The translations under genes were made by a program, and so were the position numbers. Source: Escherichia coli (lineage in GTDB: Bacteria > Pseudomonadota > Gammaproteobacteria > Enterobacterales > Enterobacteriaceae). From it: a stretch of 219 nt of DNA. The DNA lies in assembly GCF_003334785.1 (NCBI RefSeq), contig NZ_QOWV01000095.1. The stretch is one strand, 5' to 3'. The notes beneath the pieces were generated by a model, which ran no database searches, was not told the DNA's origin, and worked only from the letters and a program-made list of their open reading frames with translations. The stretch's first letter is position 1. The number at the start of each line of letters is the position of its first letter. This document shows positions 1 through 219 of this stretch, piece after piece.

Positions 1-34
1 TAGGCCGGATAAGGCGTTCACGCCGCATCCGGCA
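1..34 (-). repeat. REP element, Y-like (GCCGGATG type), copy 1; left end possibly truncated by the window edge
   Basis: Reverse complement of 1-33 reads gccggatgcggcgtgaacgccttatccggccta, the classic E. coli REP sequence. Imperfect palindrome with outer arms gccggat (4-10) and atccggc (27-33). Confidence 0.9.
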
Positions 35-47
35 GTCGTGCGCAGAT

Positions 48-83
48 GCCTGATGCGACGCTAACGCGTCTTATCAGGCCTAC
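48..83 (+). repeat. REP element, Z-like (GCCTGATG type), copy 1
   Basis: Plus strand reads gcctgatgcgacgctaacgcgtcttatcaggcctac. Imperfect palindrome with arms gcctgat (48-54) and atcaggc (73-79) and inner arms acgc/gcgt, ending in the REP-typical ggcctac tail (77-83). Confidence 0.9.
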
Positions 84-100
84 AAATTCCCGCGCCATCC

Positions 101-135
101 GTAGGCCGGATAAGGCGTTCACGCCGCATCCGGCA
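101..135 (-). repeat. REP element, Y-like, copy 2 (complete, including the terminal G at 101)
   Basis: Identical to copy 1 shifted by 101 bp. Reverse complement of 101-134 reads gccggatgcggcgtgaacgccttatccggcctac. Confidence 0.9.
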
Positions 136-148
136 GTCGTGCGCAGAT

Positions 149-184
149 GCCTGATGCGACGCTAACGCGTCTTATCAGGCCTAC
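149..184 (+). repeat. REP element, Z-like, copy 2
   Basis: Identical to 48-83 shifted by 101 bp. Confidence 0.9.
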
Positions 185-201
185 AAATTCCCGCGCCATC
201 C

Positions 202-219
202 GTAGGCCGGATAAGGCGT
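202..219 (-). repeat. REP element, Y-like, copy 3, partial (truncated by the window end)
   Basis: gtaggccggataaggcgt matches the first 18 bases of the copy at 101-135; the window ends before the palindrome is complete. Confidence 0.8.

Larger units (their letters stand above)
1..219. repeat. Tandem direct repeat of a 101-bp unit, about 2.17 copies; BIME-like cluster of alternating inverted REP elements (most resembles BIME-2 organisation)
   Basis: Direct comparison: bases 1-101 are identical to 102-202 with no mismatch, and 203-219 matches 1-17. Each unit contains two REP-type palindromes in opposite orientation with short linkers (35-47 agtcgtgcgcaga... and 84-100 aaattcccgcgccatcc). The window is cut inside the array at both ends. 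Confidence 0.95.

Noticed and set aside
48-90. Rho-independent terminator at the Z-like REP hairpin
   Set aside because: The hairpin is followed by acaaattcc, not a U/T-rich tract; REP hairpins are known as mRNA stabilisers and weak pause sites rather than canonical intrinsic terminators. No terminator called.
84-100. IHF-binding linker (BIME-1-type L motif / RIP element)
   Set aside because: The linker is only 17 nt (aaattcccgcgccatcc) and lacks a WATCAANNNNTTR-like IHF core; linkers this short fit the BIME-2 type rather than BIME-1.
46-165. Small ORF (ATG at 46 to TAA at 163-165, 39 codons) spanning the unit boundary on the plus strand
   Set aside because: It is built entirely from REP palindrome sequence, has no recognisable ribosome-binding site upstream, and arises only because the 101-bp period shifts the frame between copies. 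Stops occur in all six frames within each unit, so it is almost certainly spurious.
1-219. CRISPR array (regularly spaced palindromic repeats)
   Set aside because: The entire 101-bp unit repeats identically, including the would-be spacers; CRISPR arrays have conserved repeats of roughly 24-48 bp separated by unique spacers. The palindromes match known REP consensus sequences instead.
1-219. Promoter (-35/-10 hexamers)
   Set aside because: No convincing TTGACA/TATAAT pair with 16-18 bp spacing; the sequence is GC-rich palindromic repeat throughout.
1-219. A novel or previously undescribed biological system
   Set aside because: Every base in the window is accounted for by well-characterised REP/BIME repeats and their linkers; there is no coding capacity or unexplained structure. 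Any novelty would have to come from the flanking context, which is not visible here.

Overview
The whole 219-bp window is a non-coding, GC-rich (about 61%) array of enterobacterial REP (repetitive extragenic palindromic) elements arranged as a BIME-type mosaic. A 101-bp unit occurs as two complete, base-for-base identical tandem copies (1-101, 102-202) plus the first 17 bp of a third (203-219). Each unit holds two related imperfect palindromes in opposite orientation: a GCCGGATG-type (Y-like) REP whose canonical strand is the minus strand, and a GCCTGATG-type (Z-like) REP in canonical orientation on the plus strand, separated by short linkers of 13 and 17 nt. I see no credible CDS, RNA gene, CRISPR array, promoter or intrinsic terminator. 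The window starts and ends inside the array, so its true extent, copy number and flanking genes cannot be determined. I find no sequence support for a novel biological system here; this is a well-known class of intergenic repeat, and the only mildly notable points are the perfect identity of the copies and the extensive inter-REP complementarity.
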